Positions 10,485-21,480 of a stretch of DNA of 34,259 nt are shown here, piece after piece. The position numbers were made by a program, and so were the translations under genes. The first letter of the stretch is position 1; each line of letters opens with the position of its first letter. The notes under the pieces were generated by a model that did not search any database, was not told where the DNA came from, and worked only from the letters and a program-made list of their open reading frames with translations. This DNA is from Octopus bimaculoides (Eukaryota): contig NC_068990.1 in the NCBI RefSeq assembly GCF_001194135.2, positions 63,905,441-63,939,699 of the forward strand. The letters are read 5' to 3'.

Positions 10485-10569
10485 AATATAACGAAAGACT
10501 GTTACTCGGAATTTCACATTCCCGATGAACGGGAACGTGAAACTTCGAGGAACAGTCTTTTGTTATATT
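10485..10569. repeat. 85-bp fold-back inverted repeat with degenerate hammerhead-like core
   Basis: AATATAACGAAAGACTGTT / AACAGTCTTTTGTTATATT (18/19) plus inner arms CTCGGAATTTCAC / GTGAAACTTCGAG. Confidence 0.85.
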
Positions 10570-10588
10570 TCTGCTGCTTTTAAATAAA

Positions 10589-10627
<39 letters not shown>

Positions 10628-11014
10628 CACACACACACACATATATATATATACATGTATATGTACATACACACTTGTGGTTGTGTGTGTAATACATTCA
10701 GCTATATTATAGAACTTAATCTCGTAAAGGAATATATTGAATGATGTAAAACGATATTATCATCTGAACTTTTCTGATCTTTATTAGTGTCTTGTGTATT
10801 GTAATAATTAAAAGATAAAGATAATTATTTAGGGTGGATGTAAGACAGAGATAATGTTATCGGTATAAATACTTGCTGAGAGAGCAGGTGATGCCAGCAT
10901 TGTAAAAGTCATGAGCACATGAAGATATTGATGAGTGAAAATTTACAAACTGTTCATATTTGGAAGACATTAGCCTTACATTGGAGTTTCCTAGTAAACC
11001 AGTGCAACATATTA

Positions 11015-11185
11015 TAAGGACTTGCTTTGCTTACCAACCACATGGTTCCAGGTTTAGTCCCACTGCTTGGCACCTTTGGCAAGTGTGTTCTACAATAGCC
11101 TCAGACTGACCAAAGCTTTGTGAGTGGATTTAGTAGAGGGAAACTGAAAGACACTGTCATATACATAGATATATATGTACTGCAT

Positions 11186-11227
<42 letters not shown>

Positions 11228-11609
11228 TTTTATTTGTCTTAGTCATTTGACTGTGGCCATGCTGGAGCACCACCTTTAGTCGAGCAAATTGACCCCCAGG
11301 ATTTATTCTTTGTAAGCCAAGTACTTATTCTATCAGTCTCTTTTGCCAAACTGCTAAGTTATGGGGATATGAATACACCAGCATCAGTTGTCAAGCAATG
11401 TTGGGGGGCAAACACACACACACAAACTTATACACACACATACATACATACATACATACATACAAATATATATATACACACAAGATCGGANNNNNNNNNN
11501 NNNNNNNNNNNNNNNNNNNNNNNNNNNNNNNNNNNNNNNNNNNNNNNNNNNNNNNNNNNNNNNNNNNNNNNNNNNNNNNNNNNNNNNNNNNNNNNNNNNN
11601 NNNNNNNNN

Positions 11610-11655
<46 letters not shown>

Positions 11656-12056
11656 CATACATATACATAGGATTCTTTCAGTTTCTATCTACCAAATCAT
11701 CTCACAAGGCTTTGGTCAGTCCGAGGCTATAGAAGGAGACACTTGCCCAAGGTGCCATGCAGTGGGACTGAACCTGAAACCATGTGGTTGGTGAGTGAGC
11801 TACTTACTTCTCAGCCACTCCTGCACCATGTATATGTATGTATGTATTTGTGTGCCTGTGTTTGTTCCCCCACCATCGCCTGAGAACTGATGTTGGTGTG
11901 TTATGTCCCGGTAATTTAGTGGTTCAGCAAAAGAGACTGATAGAATCAGTACTAGGCTTACAAAGAATATGTCCTTGTCCTGGGATCGATTTGTTCGACT
12001 AAAGGCAGTACTCCAGCATGGCTGCACTCAAATGACTGAAACAAGTAAAAGAATAT
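11015..12056. mobile_element. SINE A (plus; halves 11015-11165 and 11829-12056) interrupted by antiparallel SINE A (11225-11822)
   Basis: Head and tail halves are collinear on + around a minus copy that sits in the central (TA)n. Confidence 0.82.
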
Positions 12057-12460
12057 TAAAAAAGAAGATCAACAAGAAAATGAATCTCAGCAACCATTTT
12101 GTGTGCACAGTTTGTAACAGACCATGCCTTTCTTTTGCTGGGCTCAAATATCATTTGCAGACGTATGAAAAACAAGCCTCTACCAACTACACTGCTTATC
12201 TATCTGTCCATACCTGTCAATTCCATGTATACCATAAGGTCTGCAAATCTAATAGAAGCCTCAAAAGACATTTTAAGATCCACAATGACAAGAATTTAAC
12301 TGCATCTTTTGGTGGTCCAAAGTGGATATGCAATTTATGTGGATGTCTTTTCAAAACATTGTCTGGTTTAAAAAACCACATCAGATGCCATGGTAGATCT
12401 AAGGTGTAAGTAGATGTGGTCAGATTCTGCATAAGATGTAGACAACTACCACATATATAT
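12056..12460 (+). mobile_element. Degenerate triple C2H2 zinc-finger fragment, probably a 5'-truncated LINE 3' end
   Basis: CTVC-x12-H-LQT-Y; CQFHVY-x12-H-FKI-H; CNLC-x12-H-IRC-H; stop at 12407-12409; no TGEKP linkers. Confidence 0.6.
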
Positions 12461-13099
12461 GTAAATATATGCATGTGTATGTGTGTGTGTGTATAAAATC
12501 AAAATAAGTAACAAGATATCAAGTAGTAATACAGTACGACCATTTCAAGTGGCTCCATTTAATTGAACAATGCAATCCTTATATTAATCTAAATGCAGTG
12601 CTATCTTCAGCTGCACAAAAAAATATATTTATGGAATTTCAGCAGGTAGGACACATTAATATAATTTTTCTTAAATATTTTAACATAGTAAGAAGATTGA
12701 AGAAATTCATGTTGTTGCTATTGTAACAAAAGTGGCTTAGAAAAACAGACTCCAATTTCTTAGAATAGCATGGAACATAGTTGGGTCATAGAGTTGTAAT
12801 TCATTTCCAATTTATTTATCTCTTTATCATCTACTAAAATCTGAGACTAGAAGACTGTGTATATTTAGAATAAAAGACACGAGTGAGTTGACAGCTCATG
12901 GCTAGCTATTGGTCATACATATCATCATAGGTATCCCTTTCTCACCAAGAGAAGAGAAACAAAACTTTAGGAAGAGTCAATTAGATAGAAGTAACTATCT
13001 ATAAAAAAGACACAGAGTAGGGGTAGACTTTAAATTATAATGCTAATTACCAGTTAAAGGGGCAAAACACTAAGAAACTTAAGATGCTGATACAGGGAA

Positions 13100-13140
13100 A
13101 ATATGTGTGTGTGTTTGTGTACATATATATNNNNNNNNNN

Positions 13141-13172
<32 letters not shown>

Positions 13173-13380
13173 TTTATACACACACACACATTTATACACA
13201 TACATACATATATATATGTACGCATGTATGTATGTATGTACGTGTATGTACGTACATGCACACATACATATATTATATTTACATATACATATATACATAT
13301 GCATATATATATATATGTATATATATGTGTGTGTATATATATATATATATATCATCATCATCATCATCATCATCGTTTAA
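13100..13380. repeat. Compound (TG)/(TA)/(CA)/(TATG)/(CAT)n simple repeat
   Basis: Direct reading. Confidence 0.95.
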
Positions 13381-15516
13381 CNNNNNNNNNNTTTGGCAGA
13401 GTTTCTACAGCTGGATGCCCTTCCTATATATATATATATATCATCACAAGACTTTAGTCACCCCAGGCTGTAGTAGAAGATACTTGCCCAAGGTATCACA
13501 AGTGAAACTGAACCAAAAATCACATGGTTAGGAAGTGACGTGACCTTTGTAAACACACAACCACACCTGTGTCTATTTTCATGAAACAAGGTACCTTTCT
13601 CAAGGACACAATGTACCACTTGGTCCTGGAATCAAATCTGTCACACCCTAACCACTAGGCCTCATGCCTTCGTAAGAAACACAATCTTTCACAACTGTGT
13701 ACACATATGTATATATCAACAATAGAGAGCAGTCAGCATATTTAATTCCATAACAGCTACCTCTGATGAGCATATGGTTACATAGCTGAACTGTTACCTA
13801 AAACTCTGTTAAACCCCTAGTACAAAACTGATTGGTTATATCAGCTGTAATAGATATATAACACTGTAAACTTCAATTAATATATATATATACATACACT
13901 GTTATGTTATAATATGCTGTATCATGCACTACAAACAACCATTTACTGTATATAAAATATATATATTACATACATTTAAATATTTACCCTCAGAAATGTA
14001 AAATGAATTTAAAAAATATTGTTTTCTTAGTAGATTATGTAAAGAAATGTTTTCCTTCTTCAAGCGTTCCGAGCATGCCGTTTCAGATTAATATTTTCAT
14101 TTATCTTTCAATAGCAATTTATTACTTCCTGGGGAATATGTGCTCATTGCTTCCTCGGAATAATGCACAAAATCCTCCAGTGTTGGCTCTGACTTACTGT
14201 AAATAGAAGACGAATTTATAGGAGAATAAATACGGCGAGAAAAAGAAAAGAAAAAATATCCAACAAAGTTTTAATGAATATTCAAAATCATTTATCAAAA
14301 AGAAAGTATATGGTTATCGTTATTTAGACTCCAGCAAATATTCTGTTTGAGAGTTAGTTTTAGAATAGACTTCTCTATTGAATATTTCCCTTGAGTTGGG
14401 GAATATTATTTTCTTTTTATTTATTGGAAAAGGAATTCAATATTTTTCAAAAGAATCTGTTTTTTTTTTCTTCCTTCAATATTTGAATGCTGTTTTGCTT
14501 TATTGCTCCCAAAACTATATTTGCAAATTTTTTTTTTATTTTTTCAAAATTTGTTTTTTCAAAAATAAGTTAATTTAAAAGAATAGTTTCAGAATATCTG
14601 TATAACCTTTAACATAACTTATCCTGCATTTTATGGTCATCTGAAACTAACTCCAGAGATGCATTGATACATCGTTAAAATGTAATGGCAGTGGTAATGT
14701 GTAAAGTAGTTACTTATTCCTTAGGAACTAATCCCACATTAGCGTTGCATTCAAACTCAGAATTTGGCTTCCATGTGAAGAATAACTATTCATTTGTGCA
14801 AAATATTCTCTTGTGTTGCCATGCAACAAACTAGTGAATTGTCTGGCTGGCTATTTAATTCCTAAACACTTGCTGTATAACTTCTAATCCTTTGCTGTGA
14901 GAGACAATTGCATTAATCACCTTACTTTGATACACATTAAACTCTGATAAAACTATTCCAATATTACTTACTGTTCAGACTTTCTGACTTTAAGTAGTCA
15001 TAGGGCTCTGCAATTATTTATAGATAATTCTAAATTTATTTTCTCTGTTTGAATTCATTTATTTCCTTTCACAAGGCATAGTCTTGATAACATTTATGTA
15101 TGCAGATATGAATATATACGGCTGTATTAATATATATAATATGAATATATAAATATATGCATAATAAGACTATAATATGATTATACAGACACACATGCAC
15201 AAACACACACACACATGTATATTATAAACAAACTTTGGAAGCATTGAATGTGTTTGATATTTTACAGACAAGAAAGTAAACTCTGAATGCAGTATAACTG
15301 TGAAAACAGCAAAGAAAGATTAGGTAGTTACCCTTATAAGATAGGTTCAATTTTGCTATCTGAAGAGTAGAGGATTCAATTCCTGTAGTTGCTTGCTAGC
15401 AACCTTTTACTGTCTTTTAAGGGTAAATAACCAATCCTTCTCTGTTGTTCTCACAGCTACACAGTGTTTGAAATTTACTTTCTTGCCTGTAAAATATATA
15501 TGTATTATTATATAGG

Positions 15517-15664
15517 CAATGGGAAGGGCATCCAGCTGTAGAAACCATGCCACAACAGACAATTGGAGTCTGGACAGCTCCCTGCTAGCCAATTCTATGT
15601 CAAACCATCCAACCCATGTCAGCATGGAAAGCAGATGTTAAATGAGGATGATGATTATGATGAT
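15517..15664 (+). mobile_element. Family E repeat
   Basis: GGAAGGGCATCCAGCTGTAGAAAC...CAACCCATGTCAGCATGGAAAGCAGATGTTAAATGAGGATGATG. Confidence 0.8.
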
Positions 15665-15750
15665 ATATTTAAACATGCACGCGCACACACACACACACAC
15701 ACACATAAACAAATGTGTACAGACATATATACACGGACAAATACACACAT

Positions 15751-15790
<40 letters not shown>

Positions 15791-15825
15791 TCATAGTCAT
15801 CATTTTAACATCCACTTTTGCATGG

Positions 15826-17220
15826 CAGTCAAAAGAGATGCCTTAGAGAGAAGCCCCTATAGAGAAATCAAACTACTGGATCAGGTTATGATGGTTACAG
15901 AATGAGTCATATCATGATTAATCTATGACAAACTAAATGGGATGCAGTTTAACTTCATACCTGCAGGAAGTGGTACCACCGATATAAATTTTCTTAGTGA
16001 TGACTACAGGAGAAATACTTGGCTAAGAACAAACTACTATTCTGACCTTTCTTTGATTTTTAGCAGGTGTCTGATAGTGTAACCTGTTCAGTAATTTGGT
16101 GTCCACTTTGGAAACTATGTGTAAATGAATGGCTTGTGAATGTTTTATAAACTTTGTACTGAGAAGTAATAAGTGAAGTGAGAGTCAACAATGATTTCAG
16201 TGACAAATTTAGCATGTGAGTTGAGTAAGATTCAGACCTCACCCACTGGCCATCTTAATGGAGCTTAAGAGTGGCTAATGATGGACACTCTTACATGCTG
16301 ATGAACTAGTACTCATAGATGAAGCCATAGAGGAATTAGAAAATTCCAGGCTTGGAAGATGAACTCAGAATTGAGAGATCTTAAGGTAAATTTAGCAAAG
16401 AAGTATGTTTTAGTAAGTAAAAAAGAATTCTGGTATCTTTAGAAAAATGGCCTTATGTGATAGGTAGAAAAGAAGTAGGTATAAACTCCATATACTGTCT
16501 AATGTAAGCTAAAAGTATGCAAGAGATATAGTGGAATCACAGACAGACTAACAGGGGACATATGCTTTGCATGTGATAGATGTACTGAAGCAGTTCATAT
16601 TGTGAGCACACCAGAAATAGATTCTCTTAAATACTTAGATGGCTCCCGAAAAGTAATTGATAGCTTTTTGCTTTCAAGATTTATTTACCAAGGGAGTTAT
16701 TGCTCTGAAAGTATAAAAGCAGAACAAGAATGGGCTGGAGAAAGTTCAGGGAGCTATTACCACTGCTAGCAACAAAGGTCTTTTCTGCCAGAGTGAAGGG
16801 CAGATTTTAAGATGCTTGTGTTAAAGCTGTGATCCTACATAGTGAGACATGGGCCTTGCATGCTTAGGACATGAGAAGACTAGAAAGAGGTGAAGCCAGC
16901 ATGCTTTGTTAGATATGTAATGTATGTGTGTATCAATGACAAAGTACAGGGAGAAAAATTGAACACAATAAGATTCAAATGTAGTATGCAAGATTGAAGA
17001 CTGCACTGGTATGTGTATGTGATGCATATAGATGAGGACAGCAATACAAAGAAGTGTCAGTTTGCTTAATGTGGGTAGAGTTTGTGGAAGAGGGAGACTG
17101 ATGGAAGAATTGAAATGAAATGGCAAAGACTGACCTCAGAACTTAAGGTTCTGAGATTCCCACAGAGGAGATGACTGCTGATTGCCTTTTAGAAGAAGAC
17201 CTACCCACCTCAGTGAAACT
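15826..17220 (+). mobile_element. Decayed RTE LINE: RT domain to C-terminus
   Basis: DALERSPYREIKLLDQVM, QEKYLAKNK, LLHADEL (16288-16308, the YADD-equivalent motif), KVNLAK, WRKFRELLPLLATK, ETWAL, GRGR; many stops and frameshifts. Confidence 0.92.
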
Positions 17221-17229
17221 GAATTCTGA

Positions 17230-17830
17230 ACATGTATATGCACAACTGGACCCCTCTCCTAATTTCCTCCTCAAGGCACCCCACTACCTATCATCTTTCT
17301 AACTACAATTCTTCCTTGATTTCACTTATTTTTTCTTCTGACCCAGAACCATTTCATTTCTTTTCCATCCTTGATCCACTAATACTGCTCTCTCCACCCA
17401 CACTTTACATTGATTTCACCCCCACTGAGTTTCCAAATTAGCTCTCCTCATCTACCACCAAACATTTCTCACTCCCTTATTGCACTATACCTACCTCTTT
17501 CCCCCTGTACTTACACTCCTACAACGTACCTAACCACATGTGTCATCTCTCATCCTTCTGTTTACTGTATTGTCACAACTGTTCTGCTGCTCTCCCCTGT
17601 TTTTCAGCCCTGTCAGTCATCTCCTACACTCCCTATCTCCCCTAACTCTCACATCATTAGTCATTCCCTACTCCTTACCCTATTCGCCCATCAACCCTAC
17701 CTGATCTTTACAGTTGTCACCCACCTCTCTTCCCCTCATCCACTCCCTATCTCTCATTTCCACCACACACTCTTGCAATCTCCACTCACCAACACTTCTA
17801 TTTGTCCATGTTGCAGGCAGGACAAGGTCA
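17230..17830 (+). other. Pyrimidine-rich segment after the RTE ORF end, possibly its 3' UTR
   Basis: Strong C/T skew directly after the ORF terminus; UTR assignment is inference. Confidence 0.4.
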
Positions 17831-17959
17831 TCCCCCTTACATCATCTCCAGCTGTGGTGATATTCAAAAAGGAGTTACAGCAGGCTTATTCAACAAATGG
17901 GGAATTCCAAGTTTGTAGTTGGAAATGTTTTAGCTGAGGGCATCAACTAGCCAATGCCC

Positions 17960-18410
17960 TCATCTAAAATTCCACACATACACATTCGAGCAAGATCGTT
18001 GCCAGAGCTGAGGGGCTGGTTCCTATGCAGATGACACGTAAAATACACTATTTCGAGCATGGGCATTGATCATTACCAAAGCCGCCTCCCTGGCATGTGA
18101 AAAGACATTTGAGCAAGATCGTTGCCAGTGCCGATGGACTGGCTCCTGTGCAGGTGGCACATAAAACACACCATTTCAAGCGTGGCCATCGCCAGTTCCC
18201 CCTGACTGGCCCTCGTGCCGGTGACACGTAAAACACACACTACACTGTCGGAGTGGTTGGCATTAGGAAGAGCATCCAGCTGCAGAAACTCTGCCAAATC
18301 AGATTGGAGCCTGGTGTCGCCTCCTGGTCCACCAGTCCTCAGTCAAATCGTCCAACCCATGCTAGCATGGAAAGCGGATGTTAAACGATGATGATGATGA
18401 TGATGATGAC
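17960..18410 (+). mobile_element. Family E repeat, long form with ~123-bp internal tandem units and (GAT)n tail
   Basis: GAGCAAGATCGTTGCCAG at 17988 and 18111; GGCATTAGGAAGAGCATCCAGCTG; tail AAACGATGATGATG. Confidence 0.85.
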
Positions 18411-18551
18411 ACGTCTACTTACACACAGACACAGATACATATGTATGACAAGCTTCTTTTAGTTTCTATTTGTACATTTGATATTTTCTAGAGTTTTGTT
18501 GATGATAACATTTTGGATTTATTAAGCAAAAAATACTTGATGTGGTTGAGA

Positions 18552-18768
18552 ATATTGGTTTCACATTTTGGCACAAGGCCAATAGTTTCAGGGAAGGGAG
18601 GTGAGTCAATTACATCGGCCTCGATGATCAACTAGTCCTTATTATAGCAACCCTGAAAGGACGAAAGGTAAAGTTGACCTCAGAAGAATTTAAACTACGA
18701 ATATAAAGACAGATGAAATGCTGTTAAGCATTTTGGCCAGTGTACTAATGATTCTACCAGCTCACTGC
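18552..18768 (-). mobile_element. SINE family B
   Basis: CCTGAAAGGACGAAAGGTAAAGTTGACCTC...CTACCAGCTCACTGCC. Confidence 0.8.
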
Positions 18769-18999
18769 CATTTACATGGTTGAGAATAATGGCATGGAAA
18801 CTAACATTAGATAATTCTATAATGTAATGTTATTGACACTTGCTGAAACCAATTTTTATAGCAATTTTTTAGCTATTTTCAAAATAGTGTTCTGGTTACG
18901 TTAAAGGTTGCTTCAAATTTTATTCCTTTGGTCTCACCAAGTCCAAAGTCATTTAACTTAGTCTACTTTATTTAAAATAATATATTTGACACAGTCTGT

Positions 19000-19280
19000 G
19001 TGATAGCACTTATGCCAACACCATGTAAAAGTGCTCATGTCAGTGCCACATTAAAAGCACCCAACGTGCACTGTAAAGCGGTTGACATTAGGAAGGGCAT
19101 CAAACCACAGAAACCAAGCCAAACCAGAGTGGATCTTGGTGTAGCTTCCCAGCTTGCCAGCTCTGGTCAAACTGTCAAAGGATGATGATGATGATGATGG
19201 TGGTGATGATGACAATGATGACGACGATGACATTGATGATGACGACAACGACGACAATGATGATGACGATGATGATTACG
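19000..19280 (+). mobile_element. Family E repeat with expanded (GAT/GAC)n tail (19181-19280)
   Basis: GACATTAGGAAGGGCATCAAACC then about 33 Asp-type triplets. Confidence 0.8.
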
Positions 19281-19439
19281 ATAATGATGGTGATGATGAT
19301 TCTTGTGTTTCACGTATCATACACTATAATTTCATTTTTTTCCTATATCCTTTTCTTTTGTAATTTGTAACATATCAGTAAAAATAGATCAGTAAACATT
19401 TGTCTGTTACTTCTACATACACTGATTTCTTCATTCCAG

Positions 19440-19568
19440 GCTCACCTCTTGAGTGTCTTTGATAACACCAAATCTGTACAATTTGATGAGAAGTACTATG
19501 ATAGGATCCTGTCTATTCATTCACAAGAAGGAGAGTGCATTGCTCTTGAGGAAACCGTCCAAGCTCAG
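19440..19568 (+). CDS. DNAH5: Dynein heavy chain exon 3 (43 codons; not in ORF track)
   Basis: ttccag|GCT CAC CTC ... GCT CAG|gtaaag; [43 protein letters not shown]; phase 0/0. Confidence 0.95.
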
Positions 19569-20239
19569 GTAAAGAAATTTATCTGAAGTCTGGTTTGTCT
19601 GTCTGTCTGTAAAATATTTAACCAATACTATTACTGCCTACATTCTCTTCTTATCCTTGGAGACAAAACAGATATATCAATAAATATCAAGCACAATTCC
19701 TCACATTCCAATTGATGACTCATAAATTTCTATATCACTGTCAATACAAGTTATGTGCTTAGGAAGATAATCAGATTAAATTGTCTCATTTGTTATTTCT
19801 TAATAGCTAAGCCAAACAAACAACATAGAGACAGTTGAGTTAAAACACTTGCGTGGATCTCACACTGATTATATACAATTCTTCATTCTGGCTTGGGATC
19901 AAATTATTATTTCAGGAAGTATTTGAAAGCATACAGTGTAAGCTGGTTATTTGGGATTGCTACATTATGTTTGTTGACCAGCCTGTTTTTGTATGTTCAC
20001 AGTGATTAGCATAGAGGTGACTATGGTGGTATTGTTCTGGTTTTTGTATTATAACCCTGAGCCAATCAATGGCTTGTAAGAGGAATTGGTTGATGGAAGC
20101 CCATCAAATATGTTTACATGTGTGCACAAATGTTGAGATTCTATGGCTTAGTTTGTTACCATCAGAGTGAGATGGTAAAAAGGTGTATGCATTAAAGCCA
20201 GTTACTCTACACTTTCCAAGAGCATCACACACACATACA

Positions 20240-20490
20240 CATGCACATGCATGCACGCACACACACACACACGTGCACACACACACGTGCACACACACAC
20301 GTGCACACACACGTGCACACACATATGCATCTTGATATGATGGTCTTCTACACAGTTTCATTTTATCAACTGCATCCACAAGGCATTGGTCAGTTTGAAG
20401 CCATATTAGAAGACACTTGCCTAAAGTGCTGTCCAGTGATACTGAAACCAAAATCCCATAATTGCAATGCAAGCTTCTTAACCACACATC
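20240..20490 (-). mobile_element. (CACACACACGTG)-type repeat plus decayed SINE A head
   Basis: AGAAGACACTTGCCTAAAGTG...TTCTTAACCACAC. Confidence 0.7.
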
Positions 20491-20884
20491 CAGGCCTACT
20501 AAAATAATTCGAATTATATTGATCATTCAGTAATTCTCTCTTCTTCCTTATTACAGAGTTATTTCTGGTTAGTTTTTTTTCTTTTTTTCTGAAGTTCTCT
20601 GTATTAACTAAATTAACACTAACTTAAATAAAATTAGCTTTCTAGTAAGTCAAACAATCATGATGAGGCTCCATTATTGACTTGCAAGAGTAAATATATC
20701 ATGTAGTACAAAGATAATCAAACACTGGATTATCCATCCAAATGTCAGCTCTTCAAATTTAACTAAAGCTATTACGTCAACCCAAAAAGCCAGTTTTGTT
20801 ATCTTATTCTCAATCTGCTAAGATGGAGAACAATTAACATTTCTCCTTTTATAATTGAATGGTTGGTATTAAGAGAGAAGCATC

Positions 20885-21250
20885 AAGTCATAGGTCAAGA
20901 CAAATGTGGGGGGCATGTGCTGTAGCAGTGTATGGCTGCACTCACTATTTGTTGGTATATTCTTGGGTCCTCCTTGGTGACCCATCTAGCAGAATCCAAG
21001 TCAGTCCCCTTCTCAGCAAGATATCCCCCTCATCTACTGTGATCTTGTGGCATGTGGTTGACCAACACGAGGTGTTAACATTGCTGGATCCTCAGTGAAT
21101 AGAATATGGCATGCAAGGTCTAATTCAGAAAATCAAGCAATATGTCCAGACAGTCTGAGCTGATACTCCTGTGTCATACAAGTAACAGGACGTATCCCAG
21201 TATCTGAGTAGTCATTGGTGGGATATGAAATCTAACTAAAGTTATTCTCT
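20885..21250 (-). mobile_element. RTE-clade LINE 3' end (a third subtype)
   Basis: Minus strand across frameshifts: RLL..TGIRPVTCMTQEYQLRLSGHIA...EDPAM...GQPHAT...ARWVTKEDPRIYQQIVSAAIHCYSTCPH. Confidence 0.75.
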
Positions 21251-21257
21251 AACTGGG

Positions 21258-21480
21258 AGATGTTGGTTTCAAATTTTGGCACATGACCAGCCACTTTGAA
21301 GGAGGGGGTAAGTTGGTTACATCGAACCTATTGTTTAAGTGGTACTATTTTATTGACCCCAAAAGATGAAAGGCAAAGTTGACCCTGGTGGCATTTTGAA
21401 CTCAGAACGTAAAGACAGATGAAATGTGGTTAAGCATGTTCTCTGGTACAGTCATGATTCTGCCAGCTTGCTGCCTTAAA
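21258..21480 (-). mobile_element. SINE family B
   Basis: GGTTTCAAATTTTGGCAC...GATGAAAGGCAAAGTTGACC...CTGCCAGCTTGCTGCCTT. Confidence 0.82.

Noticed and set aside
11969-12409. 146-aa ORF as an intact nested zinc-finger gene
   Set aside because: The N-terminus is SINE-derived, the start codon is non-ATG, and two of three fingers have lost a zinc ligand.
10294-13531. Long ORFs rich in Y/I/H/T/C/V
   Set aside because: Translations of (TA)n, (CA)n and (TG)n tracts and N gaps; not genes.
17410-17937. 175-aa Ser/Pro/Leu/His-rich ORF
   Set aside because: Composition follows from C/T strand skew; no domain motif; non-ATG start.
19154-19370. Poly-Asp and poly-Met ORFs
   Set aside because: Trinucleotide microsatellite tail of a repeat.
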